Assembly (NCBI GenBank): GCA_026396175.1
Contig: JAPLXG010000013.1
Location: 65,267-129,266, forward strand
Length of the DNA stretch: 64,000 nt
From: Candidatus Moraniibacteriota bacterium
GTDB lineage: Bacteria > Patescibacteriota > Minisyncoccia > Moranbacterales > UBA2206
Direction of reading: 5' to 3'
Made by a program: the position numbers and the translations under genes. The first letter of the stretch is position 1, and each line of letters begins with the position of its first letter. Shown here piece by piece: positions 55,226 to 63,657 of the stretch. The notes under the pieces were generated by a model. That model made no database searches. It was given only the letters and a program-made list of their open reading frames with translations, and was not told the DNA's origin.

Positions 55226-56286
55226 GCGCCTTGGACCTCTTGCCCAAGACTTTTCCGAATCGTCACACTCATCCCGCCTTTTTTCAAATAGTTTTTGAAT
55301 AAATGCGTTTTATTGCCAGAAGACGACTTAAATTCTTTGCCGGTTTCATTGTAGGCGATTAAGTTAATATGCAAAAGTTGGCGATTGCCGATGGATTTTA
55401 GATAGGTCGAAAGCGCATAGGCGTCTTCTTCGCTATCGTTTATGCCTGCGAGCATCACGTATTCCACGAAAACTTGCCGATTGGTTTTGGAAAAATAATC
55501 CTTGAGCGCTTTTTTTAATTCTTCTAGATTATATTTTTTGTTGATCGGCATATATTCATTTCTTTTGACGTCACTCGCGAAATGCAGAGAAATAGCCAAG
55601 TTGATTTGCGGAAATTCCTGGGCGAGAGACTTTATCCCTTCGGGAATTCCAGCGGTCGAAACAGAAATTGAGCGCGAACCAAAAGCAAATAAATTCTTGT
55701 CGGTCAAATCTTTGAGACTTTTTTTCACTTCCTCCCAATTCAAAAACGGCTCCCCCATACCCATATAGACAATGTTATTCACATTGTAATTTTTAATTTT
55801 TAATTTTTCCGCCCAAGGCGGACCAGCCTGGGGCTGGTAATTTTTAAACAAATTAGAATTTTTTTGCAGGTGCTGTTTCCAAAATAAAACCTGATCGCTG
55901 ATTTCTTCAGCCGTTAAATTCCGTTGAAATCCGTTTTTTCCCGTTGCGCAAAAAGCACAATTCAAAGGGCAGCCGACTTGCGAAGAGATACAAACCGACC
56001 ACTTCCCCGCAATCGGAGAAAGTAACACAGATTCAATTTTATTCCCATCGGCCAATTTCAAAAGAGCTTTCAAGGAATTTTTATCCTTCGATACTAAAAC
56101 TTTTTCCACATCAAAGGAAAGGATTTTTATTTCTTTTTCCAAGTGTTCGCGCAAGTTTTTAGAAATAGTTGAAATTTCTGAAAAATCAGAAACGCCATCT
56201 TGATAGATGGCTTTTTGAATTTGGCTCAAGCGAAATTTCGGTTCGCCACTTTCAGTGAGAATTTTTTTTAGTTTTTCGATTTGCAT
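55201..56286 (-). CDS. rlmN: 23S rRNA (adenine2503-C2)-methyltransferase / tRNA m2A37 methyltransferase RlmN
   Basis: Radical-SAM motif SQVGCPLNCAFCATG. The C-terminal catalytic Cys region and full-length similarity in layout match RlmN. Confidence 0.9.
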   Translation of the reverse strand: MQIEKLKKILTESGEPKFRLSQIQKAIYQDGVSDFSEISTISKNLREHLEKEIKILSFDVEKVLVSKDKNSLKALLKLADGNKIESVLLSPIAGKWSVCISSQVGCPLNCAFCATGKNGFQRNLTAEEISDQVLFWKQHLQKNSNLFKNYQPQAGPPWAEKLKIKNYNVNNIVYMGMGEPFLNWEEVKKSLKDLTDKNLFAFGSRSISVSTAGIPEGIKSLAQEFPQINLAISLHFASDVKRNEYMPINKKYNLEELKKALKDYFSKTNRQVFVEYVMLAGINDSEEDAYALSTYLKSIGNRQLLHINLIAYNETGKEFKSSSGNKTHLFKNYLKKGGMSVTIRKSLGQEVQGACGQLVPH

Positions 56287-56298
56287 ATTTTTTTATTA

Positions 56299-56428
56299 GC
56301 AGGAGCGGGTTTGCAACCCGCTCCTCTTAGTTTACTATCTATACAATTATACAGATTTATATCCAAACACTTATCGTAAATTAGTAAATTAGTAAAATAT
56401 GCGAAACGGGTTAAAAACCCGTTCCTGC
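56299..56428. repeat. bipartite MITE-like element, family C (copy 2)
   Basis: gcaggagcgggtttgcaacccgctcct ... cgaaacgggttaaaaacccgttcctgc. Same architecture as 20350-20480, with a different interior. Confidence 0.55.
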
Positions 56429-56438
56429 AAAATACGGA

Positions 56439-56771
56439 TTATTTCCCAAAAACAAACAATTTCTTCTCAAAATCCACCACTTTCCCGTCCTTTACTTTTA
56501 CCTCTTCTTTGGCCAAAAGTCCAGCCTTAGCCCGAGTGCCATATACAAAACCACCGATTTCTCCATTGGACTTGACTACTCGGTGGCATGGTACGACCGG
56601 CACATAGGGATTGCAATTGAGCGCATTACCCACTGCCCGCGAAGCTTTCGACTTACCGATCGCCTTGGCAATCTGACCATACGTCGTCACACGACCACGT
56701 GGAACCAGTTTAGTTTTGGCATAAACTAAATCAGAAAATGCTTGGGAAATATTTTTAGAAAGACGCTTCAT
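56439..56771 (-). CDS. ogt: methylated-DNA--protein-cysteine methyltransferase (DNA-binding/active-site domain)
   Basis: Active-site PCHRVV. Start at the internal Met (MKRLSKN) avoids overlap with porB. The track ORF extends to 56813. Confidence 0.8.
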   Translation of the reverse strand: MKRLSKNISQAFSDLVYAKTKLVPRGRVTTYGQIAKAIGKSKASRAVGNALNCNPYVPVVPCHRVVKSNGEIGGFVYGTRAKAGLLAKEEVKVKDGKVVDFEKKLFVFGK

Positions 56772-56772
56772 C

Positions 56773-57777
56773 CTAAAGTTCGCATAAATTAGCCAGCCGT
56801 GCAAATTCATCATTCACAATTTTTTGCACTTGAGCGAGGACTAGTTTATTTTTCTCCGAAAAAAGATGCTTGAACCGTCCTTGAGTTTTTAGAAATTCCG
56901 TCACCGGCTTCAATGTTTTCGGTTCCCAATTCAGTTTATATTTCCCATTTTCAATTTCATAGAGCGGCCAGAAATTTGTCTCTGTCGCCAATTTGGCGAT
57001 GGCGACATATTGCGAGGTGGGAAATTTCCAATTATTTGTGCACGGCGAAAAAACCGTGAGAAAACTTGGCCCATCGACAGCCAAAGCTTTTTTCGCTTTC
57101 ATTTTGAGATCAGCAAGGTTGGCAATATTAGCTTGTGCGACATAAGCAATATTATGCGCTGCCACAATTCCCATCAAATTTTTGCGCAGCTCGACTTTGC
57201 CAAAAGATTCTTTTCCGATTGGTGTCGTTTCCGTCGCGGCGCCATAGGGCGTGGCGGAAGATCTTTGATTGCCGGTGTTCATGTACCCCCCATTATCATA
57301 GACCACATAGAGAAAATTATGCCCGCGTTCAAATGCGCCAGAAAGCGCTTGGAGTCCGATGTCATAGGTCCCGCCGTCTCCACCAAAGGCTACGAACTTG
57401 ATTTTTTTCGGCAAATCTAATTTGCCGCCCTGAGCTTGTCGAAGGGTCCCGTCCTGAGCTTGTCGAAGGGTCCCGTCCTGAGCTTGTCGAAGGGTCCCGT
57501 CCTGAGCTTGTCGAAGGGTTTTTTTCCGTAAAGCAAGATAGGCTCGCTCCACACCAGAAATAGTCGCTGCCGCATTTTCAAAGGCGCTGTGAATATATGG
57601 CACGTTCCATGCGGTGTAGGGATAGATGGTCGAAGTCACTTCAAGACATCCCGTCGCATTGGAAATGACCACCGGAGTCGCCGCCTCACCCAAAATTGTC
57701 CTAACAATCGAAGGAAACGCGCATCCCGCGCAAGCACTGTGACCGGGAGCTAGGTTTTTTGATAAATTTTCGTTCAT
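56773..57777 (-). CDS. porB: pyruvate:ferredoxin oxidoreductase, beta (TPP-binding) subunit
   Basis: Cys cluster GHSACAGC and TPP motif GGDGGTYDIG. It contains an in-frame 24-bp tandem repeat encoding (TLRQAQDG) x4. Confidence 0.9.
   Translation of the reverse strand: MNENLSKNLAPGHSACAGCAFPSIVRTILGEAATPVVISNATGCLEVTSTIYPYTAWNVPYIHSAFENAAATISGVERAYLALRKKTLRQAQDGTLRQAQDGTLRQAQDGTLRQAQGGKLDLPKKIKFVAFGGDGGTYDIGLQALSGAFERGHNFLYVVYDNGGYMNTGNQRSSATPYGAATETTPIGKESFGKVELRKNLMGIVAAHNIAYVAQANIANLADLKMKAKKALAVDGPSFLTVFSPCTNNWKFPTSQYVAIAKLATETNFWPLYEIENGKYKLNWEPKTLKPVTEFLKTQGRFKHLFSEKNKLVLAQVQKIVNDEFARLANLCEL
57429..57520. repeat. 24-bp tandem repeat (about 3.8 copies) inside porB
   Basis: cctgagcttgtcgaagggtcccgt repeats head to tail. 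The unit contains the cctgagc / gtcgaagg motifs seen in the family A MITE termini. Confidence 0.8.
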
Positions 57778-57831
57778 AAATGAAATTTTTAATTTTTGAA
57801 TTTTTACAATTTTTGAAATAATTTCTAAATC

Positions 57832-58182
57832 TTAATTTTTATCAGTGCAATTTCTTGATATTTTAGCGAAAATCAATGTCAATTCATGTGCTTCTTTCCA
57901 CAACTCCCTGCACTTTTCTTTTTTATCGGGAACGGCAATAGAAATCATTCTCGACCAATGATTTGATTCATTTGACTCCTTTTGACAAATCCTAATTTTA
58001 TTTTTAAAGTCTTTCCTGGAGCTAGCCTGATTAGCTTCCATATAATTAGCTCCCACGCTGGTAGCCGCCCGAACAAATTGATTGATCAATGGTTTTGTTA
58101 TTTGATTAACCGAAACTGACATGCAAAACAAAATTACATTCTCTCCAAATTTAGCCACTCTCTCTTCCAAGTCGTAGTCCAT
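57832..58182 (-). CDS. four-helix-bundle protein (PF05635-like), inserted between porB and porA
   Basis: 116 aa. QFVRAATSVGANYMEANQASSRKDF matches the 23S rRNA-IVS / four-helix-bundle family core. Confidence 0.7.
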   Translation of the reverse strand: MDYDLEERVAKFGENVILFCMSVSVNQITKPLINQFVRAATSVGANYMEANQASSRKDFKNKIRICQKESNESNHWSRMISIAVPDKKEKCRELWKEAHELTLIFAKISRNCTDKN

Positions 58183-58237
58183 TTGAAAATTAAAAATTAA
58201 GTCTTATTTAAAAATTACAAAATTAAAAATCCAAAAA

Positions 58238-59422
58238 TTATTGCAAGTATTTTTCCTTAAACTTCCCTCCCAAAATCTGCTCAATCTGTTTTTTGAAAAC
58301 ATCTCTCCCGCCCAAGCCATAGACAATGCTTTGTATTTGGTATTTAGTATCTGGCCCGCCTGCCGACGAGGCAGGTATTTGGTATAGGGAATTAATTATC
58401 TCAGAATACAAAGGTGGATGAGAGCCAATTGATTGCGCGCGATCCATCACAATTATTTCTTTGGCCTTTTTTAATGCACCGGCAATTTCCGCAAACGGAA
58501 ACGGCCGAAATAATTCAATTTTAATAAGCCCGACTTTCATGTTTCTCTTTTTTAATTCATCAACCGCATCCTTGGCTGTGCCTGCAACTGACCCGATCAA
58601 CACTAAAACTTTTTCCGCGTCTTTTACGTTGTATTCTTCAAATAAACCATATTTTCTGCCACTAATTTTCTCATATTCTTCTGTGACTTTTCTGTACTCT
58701 TCTGTGACCTTTTCTGTGGCCAATTCTTGATCAATCTTGAATTCAAAATAGGATTCTTGCAGGGCGACTGGACCATAGGTCACCGGGTTTTCAATGTCGA
58801 GCAGCGAATGTTCCGGAAGATAGTCTCCGATAAATTTTTTGACAATTTCGGCATCCAAAATTTCTAAATTTTCCACACTGTGCGAAGTATTAAATCCGTC
58901 CATAATCACCATTACCGGCAACCCAACGCGTTCGGCCAGTTTCATTCCGATGATTGTTTTGTCATAGACTTCCTGTGGATTTTCACAAAAAATTTGAATC
59001 CAGCCAGAGTCACGAGAACCCATCACATCACTGTGATCACCGTGAATGCTAAGCGGTGCTGAGAGCGCACGCGCCGCTACAACCATCAGAATCGGCAAAC
59101 GCATACCCGAGGCGATATAGAGCATTTCGTGCATATACGCCAAGCCCTGTGAGCTTGTGGCCGTCACTGTGCGCGCTCCGGCCGCTGAAGCGCCAATCGC
59201 CGCGCTCATCGCGCTATGCTCCGATTCCACTTCAATCATTTCCGTCTCCACCTCGCCGTCCGCCACAAATTTGGCATACGTTTCAATGATCGGTGTCTGT
59301 GGAGTAATCGGATAGACAGGCATCACATCCGGCTCAATTTGCTTCAAAGCGTACGCTGCTGCGTACCCACCAGTCAATGCTCTTCTGGTATTTGGTATTT
59401 TGTATTTAGTATTTGGTATCAT
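58238..59422 (-). CDS. porA: pyruvate:ferredoxin oxidoreductase, alpha subunit
   Basis: 394 aa. Matches the layout of the 2-oxoacid:ferredoxin oxidoreductase alpha domain. A REP palindrome is inserted in frame near the C-terminus (IPASSAGGPDTKY). Confidence 0.9.
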   Translation of the reverse strand: MIPNTKYKIPNTRRALTGGYAAAYALKQIEPDVMPVYPITPQTPIIETYAKFVADGEVETEMIEVESEHSAMSAAIGASAAGARTVTATSSQGLAYMHEMLYIASGMRLPILMVVAARALSAPLSIHGDHSDVMGSRDSGWIQIFCENPQEVYDKTIIGMKLAERVGLPVMVIMDGFNTSHSVENLEILDAEIVKKFIGDYLPEHSLLDIENPVTYGPVALQESYFEFKIDQELATEKVTEEYRKVTEEYEKISGRKYGLFEEYNVKDAEKVLVLIGSVAGTAKDAVDELKKRNMKVGLIKIELFRPFPFAEIAGALKKAKEIIVMDRAQSIGSHPPLYSEIINSLYQIPASSAGGPDTKYQIQSIVYGLGGRDVFKKQIEQILGGKFKEKYLQ

Positions 59423-59802
59423 GAATTTTTAATTCTCTTTAGGCCACTTATGAGCTTTGCTACTCTTATGCTTTGTGCCGCCAGTTTATCAAACTCTTCT
59501 TTTTTTAGATACTTTGTATCTCTTGCGATTATCAGTTGATTTTGAAGTTCGGTCAATGAGCCATGCGCCATACAATAAAATTGATATTTATCTTTCGAAG
59601 TATTCCTGCTGAAACCTTCTGCGATATTAGAAGTGATAGAAACAGCCGCTCTGCGCATTTGATTTGTCAATCCGAATATCTCTTTACTTGGAAATTTTTC
59701 GGTTACTTTATAAACTATCAAAACAAATTTATGCCCTTCCTGCCAAGCAACCAAATCTGTAAAGGATCTTATTTTTATTTTTTGTTCCATACTATATACC
59801 AA
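59419..59802 (-). CDS. four-helix-bundle protein (PF05635-like), inserted between porA and porD
   Basis: SFTDLVAWQEGHKFVLIVYKVTEKFPSKEIFGLTNQMRRAAVSITSNIAEGFSR is the canonical family core. Confidence 0.8.
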   Translation of the reverse strand: MVYSMEQKIKIRSFTDLVAWQEGHKFVLIVYKVTEKFPSKEIFGLTNQMRRAAVSITSNIAEGFSRNTSKDKYQFYCMAHGSLTELQNQLIIARDTKYLKKEEFDKLAAQSIRVAKLISGLKRIKNS

Positions 59803-59805
59803 ATA

Positions 59806-60117
59806 CTATCTACCAGATACCATTTTAATTGCGCGGGCGGGGCAAACCTGAGCGCAAACTCCGCATCCTTTGCAAAATTCATAATCTATTTCCGCAATGC
59901 CTTTTTTATTCTTACTATTCACTGACTTCTGCTTGCCTGCCGAAGCCTTAGTGTAGGCAGGCTCACTGCTCATTGTTATCGAAGCATCGGGACAAAACGG
60001 CACGCAAGTCGCGCAACCGATGCATTTATCTTTGTCCACTTCCGGCTTCATATACCGCCAAGAACCAGTCCGGGGAGATTTTTTGATATCGTGTTTGATG
60101 ATTGCACCGTGCTCCAT
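59806..60117 (-). CDS. porD: pyruvate:ferredoxin oxidoreductase, delta (2x[4Fe-4S] ferredoxin) subunit
   Basis: CIGCATCVPFCPD and CKGCGVCAQVCPA. A REP-like insert (EPAYTKASAGKQKS) lies between the two cluster motifs. Confidence 0.88.
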   Translation of the reverse strand: MEHGAIIKHDIKKSPRTGSWRYMKPEVDKDKCIGCATCVPFCPDASITMSSEPAYTKASAGKQKSVNSKNKKGIAEIDYEFCKGCGVCAQVCPARAIKMVSGR

Positions 60118-60165
60118 GTGAGTTCTTTACTAATTACGAATAGCTTACTAATATACTAATTTTTG

Positions 60166-60570
60166 CTATTTAATATTTACAATTCTTTTATATCTAATTC
60201 CGTCGTTGGTAAAATAAACCAAGATTCCTAACTTTAAATTCACTGCTTTGAGATAAGAATATAGTTGCTCTATATCTTTCTTGGAAAAATAATTCTTCTG
60301 TTTTAATTCGATAACAATCCTATCTAGAACCAAAAAGTCAAAAAGATAGTATCCAATTTCTTTGCCTTTAAACTTTACTCTTGCTTTTAACTGCTCCTTG
60401 AGGGTTATGCCGTTTTCAGTAAAAATATTAGCAACTGCTTTTTGATAAAACTTTTCTTTATGTCCGTAACCAACATTATTAAAAACCTCAAAAATAAGCC
60501 CGATAATTTTATAACACTCCTCTTTATAAATTAACTCCTCCCTTGCTCTCATTAGTATATTCGTACACAA
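60166..60570 (-). CDS. GxxExxY family protein (PD-(D/E)XK-like), inserted between porD and porG
   Basis: ECYKIIGLIFEVFNNVGYGHKEKFYQKAV...YLFDFLVLDRIVIELK matches the GxxExxY family pattern. Confidence 0.7.
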   Translation of the reverse strand: MCTNILMRAREELIYKEECYKIIGLIFEVFNNVGYGHKEKFYQKAVANIFTENGITLKEQLKARVKFKGKEIGYYLFDFLVLDRIVIELKQKNYFSKKDIEQLYSYLKAVNLKLGILVYFTNDGIRYKRIVNIK

Positions 60571-60587
60571 TTAGTAATTCGTAAAGA

Positions 60588-61157
60588 CTACACTACATCA
60601 TATGCCTTCTCAATCGCCAAAATATTCTTTTCACAATTTTCTTTCCCAATCTTATCTTCAAAAATCTTGCGGAATTCTTCGAGGATACTTTCCAGCTTCA
60701 CCACTTCGGTCACTTTGATGATTTTGCCCAAAATCACTGTGTTTGGCCTTGGTTGACCAACGATGGCCATGGAAATTCCATTGGCATCCACGGCGTGAAT
60801 TTTTCCATCAAAACGAATAATGTCCCTGATTTCATGCGGGTGCTTGGTGGAATTGATAATCAACGCTTCATTTTTGTCCAAGCCTTCCGTCACCTTCTGA
60901 CTATCGAGCAGTGTGTCGTCGAGTACAACAACCACATCCGGATCAACCACCGGCTCCTTGGTACGAATAGCCTTGTTCGAGATGCGCAAATAGGTCTTGG
61001 TCGGCGCACCGCTCCGTTCCGGACCGAAGTTAGGAAAAGTTTGCACAAAATTCCCTTCAAGCACCGCCGCCTGCGCAATAATTTCCGCGGCCGTCTTTGC
61101 CCCTTGCCCGCCCCGCGCAAAAAAGATAATTTCCATTGTGTCCTTGTGATACTTCAT
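60588..61157 (-). CDS. porG: pyruvate:ferredoxin oxidoreductase, gamma subunit
   Basis: FFARGGQGAKTAAEI matches the POR gamma N-terminus. An alternative start at MEIIFF is possible. Confidence 0.88.
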   Translation of the reverse strand: MKYHKDTMEIIFFARGGQGAKTAAEIIAQAAVLEGNFVQTFPNFGPERSGAPTKTYLRISNKAIRTKEPVVDPDVVVVLDDTLLDSQKVTEGLDKNEALIINSTKHPHEIRDIIRFDGKIHAVDANGISMAIVGQPRPNTVILGKIIKVTEVVKLESILEEFRKIFEDKIGKENCEKNILAIEKAYDVV

Positions 61158-61342
61158 GTAGTCTCTACGAATTACGAATTTATACGAATATACGAATTCA
61201 GTAAATTAAAAACAACATTTACTTACTAAGATAAGTATAGCACAAAAAGACACACAAAAATAGAGCTGAAATAAAAAAGCTGTTCCGAGTCATTCCGACC
61301 AAGAACAGCTCGATTATACCCGCAGCATCTACACCGGCGTAG

Positions 61343-61690
61343 TTACTCCGTAGGCATGGTTACCACCCTACCATTCTGCAAAAATGTTTTACAGTTAAAA
61401 ACGGGAGAAGAAAAAACAACCTCTACCTCATCCCCTTCTCCCATTCCCAGTGCAGCAAAGGCGAACGCTGCAGCCTTGTGATCACCACCAGCATCACGGC
61501 AAGATGGTGTAATTTTGATGAAATCTCCCCTGTTTTCACTGCCGGCGAACCGATCCGCCTCGGGATAGAAAGAGACAACGACCTTCGGTCTTTCAGGGAA
61601 GGACACTTTCATCGAATTAACAATAAAAGACCGGATTGCCTTTTTGCGCTTTTTAATCTTTCCCTTAAAACCATGAACCTCAATTTCCAT
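61343..61690 (-). CDS. hypothetical protein
   Basis: 115 aa. No recognisable motif. Locally GC-richer than its neighbours. Confidence 0.4.
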   Translation of the reverse strand: MEIEVHGFKGKIKKRKKAIRSFIVNSMKVSFPERPKVVVSFYPEADRFAGSENRGDFIKITPSCRDAGGDHKAAAFAFAALGMGEGDEVEVVFSSPVFNCKTFLQNGRVVTMPTE

Positions 61691-61799
61691 AGCATACCTC
61701 CTTCATTAGAAAAATGTGCACTGCAACCTTCCACTGCCAGATACTTCGTTGAAGTATTTTGGCGCTCTAGAATATACGAACACTGCCAAATAAACAAAT

Positions 61800-62852
61800 C
61801 TATTTACTCAATTCCCCATCAATCGCTGTTTTCAGTTGATCATAGGAAACCGCGCCCTCTTGGAATTGGTCGTTGACAAATACTCCCGGAGTTCCGGAAA
61901 CGCCGAAGCTGTCGGCTTCTGATTTATCGCTGTCGATCTTAGCTTGATATTTTTTGCTATCCAAACATTGATTGAATTTGGCGGCGTCGAGTCTCAAGGT
62001 TCTGGCATATTCTTTGAATTTATTGGTGTCTTTGGCTGCGCCCCAGACTGTTTGGTCGGCATAAAGCTTGTCAGCATATTCCCAGAATTTTCCTTGCTCC
62101 AGTGCGCAATTCGCCGCGAGAGCCGCGCCGTTGGCTTGCAGATGAGATTCTAGTGGCAAGAATTTATAATCAAACGCAACTTTGTCGCCATAATTTTTCA
62201 TCGCATCGCGCATTGCTTTGTGAAAAAGCTTGCAATAAGGACATTGAAAATCGGAGAAAACCACAACCTTGACTCTCGCGTCTTTTGCTCCCGCCACGGC
62301 ATCGCCATCATTTATGCCGGGAGTCGCAAGATACTTTCCCACTGGGATGCCAATATCTTGCGTCCGCAAAGAATACTGGGTATCTTTTTGATCAAAGAGC
62401 GTCTGCGCTTGAGTATAGAAATCGGTCTTAGTGACAGCCGCGTCAAAAACAAAAGCGGGCAAAGTTTTGATGCCAAATTTATCAATCAACGCCTTTCCCG
62501 CATCTGAATTGTATTCCACTTTTTCCGTGGAAACGGTCGGCACAATGCGTCGGAGCCACACCAAAACATCATCGACATTGCATTTATCACAAGCGCTATC
62601 ATTGATCACGGAAACTGTCACGGCTGGCTCACTATAAGCCACCCAGGTTTTTCCGCTGGCTTCAAAGATGTCGGATTTGCCAAGATTCTTGGCGGAAAAA
62701 CCACTTTTTTGAATGAGCTGAGCGGTGTCGATAAACAGACTGCCCACAAACATTCCCGCGAGTAAAATGATGACGGAAATTAAATTTTGCATTTTTTTCT
62801 TTTGCTCGGCTTTTTCCTCGGCCTCAATTTCTTTGAAAATATCTTCTTCCAT
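61800..62852 (-). CDS. DsbA-family thiol:disulfide oxidoreductase, membrane-anchored
   Basis: N-terminal TM helix. Thioredoxin-fold active site CPYC in the C-terminal domain. A degenerate N-terminal thioredoxin-like domain has a CDKC site. Confidence 0.8.
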   Translation of the reverse strand: MEEDIFKEIEAEEKAEQKKKMQNLISVIILLAGMFVGSLFIDTAQLIQKSGFSAKNLGKSDIFEASGKTWVAYSEPAVTVSVINDSACDKCNVDDVLVWLRRIVPTVSTEKVEYNSDAGKALIDKFGIKTLPAFVFDAAVTKTDFYTQAQTLFDQKDTQYSLRTQDIGIPVGKYLATPGINDGDAVAGAKDARVKVVVFSDFQCPYCKLFHKAMRDAMKNYGDKVAFDYKFLPLESHLQANGAALAANCALEQGKFWEYADKLYADQTVWGAAKDTNKFKEYARTLRLDAAKFNQCLDSKKYQAKIDSDKSEADSFGVSGTPGVFVNDQFQEGAVSYDQLKTAIDGELSK

Positions 62853-62900
62853 AAAATTAGTTTAAATTTATTATTATGACTTAAGCATTTAAATTAAAAT

Positions 62901-63076
62901 TGTCATCCTGAGCGAAGCGAAGCGAAGTCGAAGGATCTACTTTCCATTATCGTAAGCTCTGTTGTTAAGTAGAAAGCCCTGGGTTACGGTTAGCAGATCC
63001 TTCGACTGCGTCCCGAGTACGGGACTTCGCTCAGGATGACAGAACTGTGTTGTTTTCCGGAAAATGTGTAAGTCCT
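62901..63076. repeat. MITE-like long hairpin element, family A (copy 4)
   Basis: ttgtcatcctgagcgaagcgaagcgaagtcgaaggatct ... gatccttcgactgcgtcccgagtacgggacttcgctcaggatgaca. Its central segment is the reverse complement of the central segment of copy 2. Confidence 0.6.
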
Positions 63077-63091
63077 GATTTATACTAAGCT

Positions 63092-63553
63092 TTAATTTTG
63101 TACTTGATTAGTTGCCCCTCCCGAGCTGCTCTGTCCGCTATCTGGCACCGGGGCGCTGCCTGAATCAGTTGCACCGCCCGAATCAGTCGCATTTCCCGAA
63201 GTAACATCCCCGCTCTGATTCGCGGCCGCGGCCTGCGCTTGCTTTTGCAAGTTGGTCTGAATATCATTGATATTATAGCTCTGCGATTTTATCTTCATCA
63301 GATAGTCATCATAACCGATAGTAATTTTCTTGAGCGCTTCAGTTTTCACCGCAATACCGATCAGCAGTCCTAGAATAAAAGTCAAAATCAAGCGGGAACG
63401 AAATTCCGCTTTCATTTTTTTGGCCAGCGCTTCCCGATCAAGTTCAGCGTCAGCGGTCATAACTTCTTCCGTCTTTTCTTTTTGCGGTTCTTCAGAAGCA
63501 ACATCCTGAGAAATTTCCGCATCTTGAATCTTGTTTTCTTCGTTGGTTTCCAT
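63092..63553 (-). CDS. hypothetical membrane-anchored protein
   Basis: 153 aa. Acidic N-terminus, one TM helix, and a Ser/Gly/Ala/Thr-rich low-complexity C-terminus. Confidence 0.4.
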   Translation of the reverse strand: METNEENKIQDAEISQDVASEEPQKEKTEEVMTADAELDREALAKKMKAEFRSRLILTFILGLLIGIAVKTEALKKITIGYDDYLMKIKSQSYNINDIQTNLQKQAQAAAANQSGDVTSGNATDSGGATDSGSAPVPDSGQSSSGGATNQVQN

Positions 63554-63657
63554 GTAGTTGCAAGGTTATTGCTTAAGTTCCTTTTCAAGCAGTCTACCAC
63601 AAACAAAAAAGCGCTACAACTTGCGCTTTTTGGGATTTATTGTGTAATTTTTATGCC

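Noticed and set aside
3545-63076. Possibility that the recurring palindromes are a CRISPR array
   Set aside because: The repeats are dispersed singly or in irregular clusters. They are not regularly spaced with unique spacers of similar length, they differ in sequence between loci, and no cas genes are present in the window.
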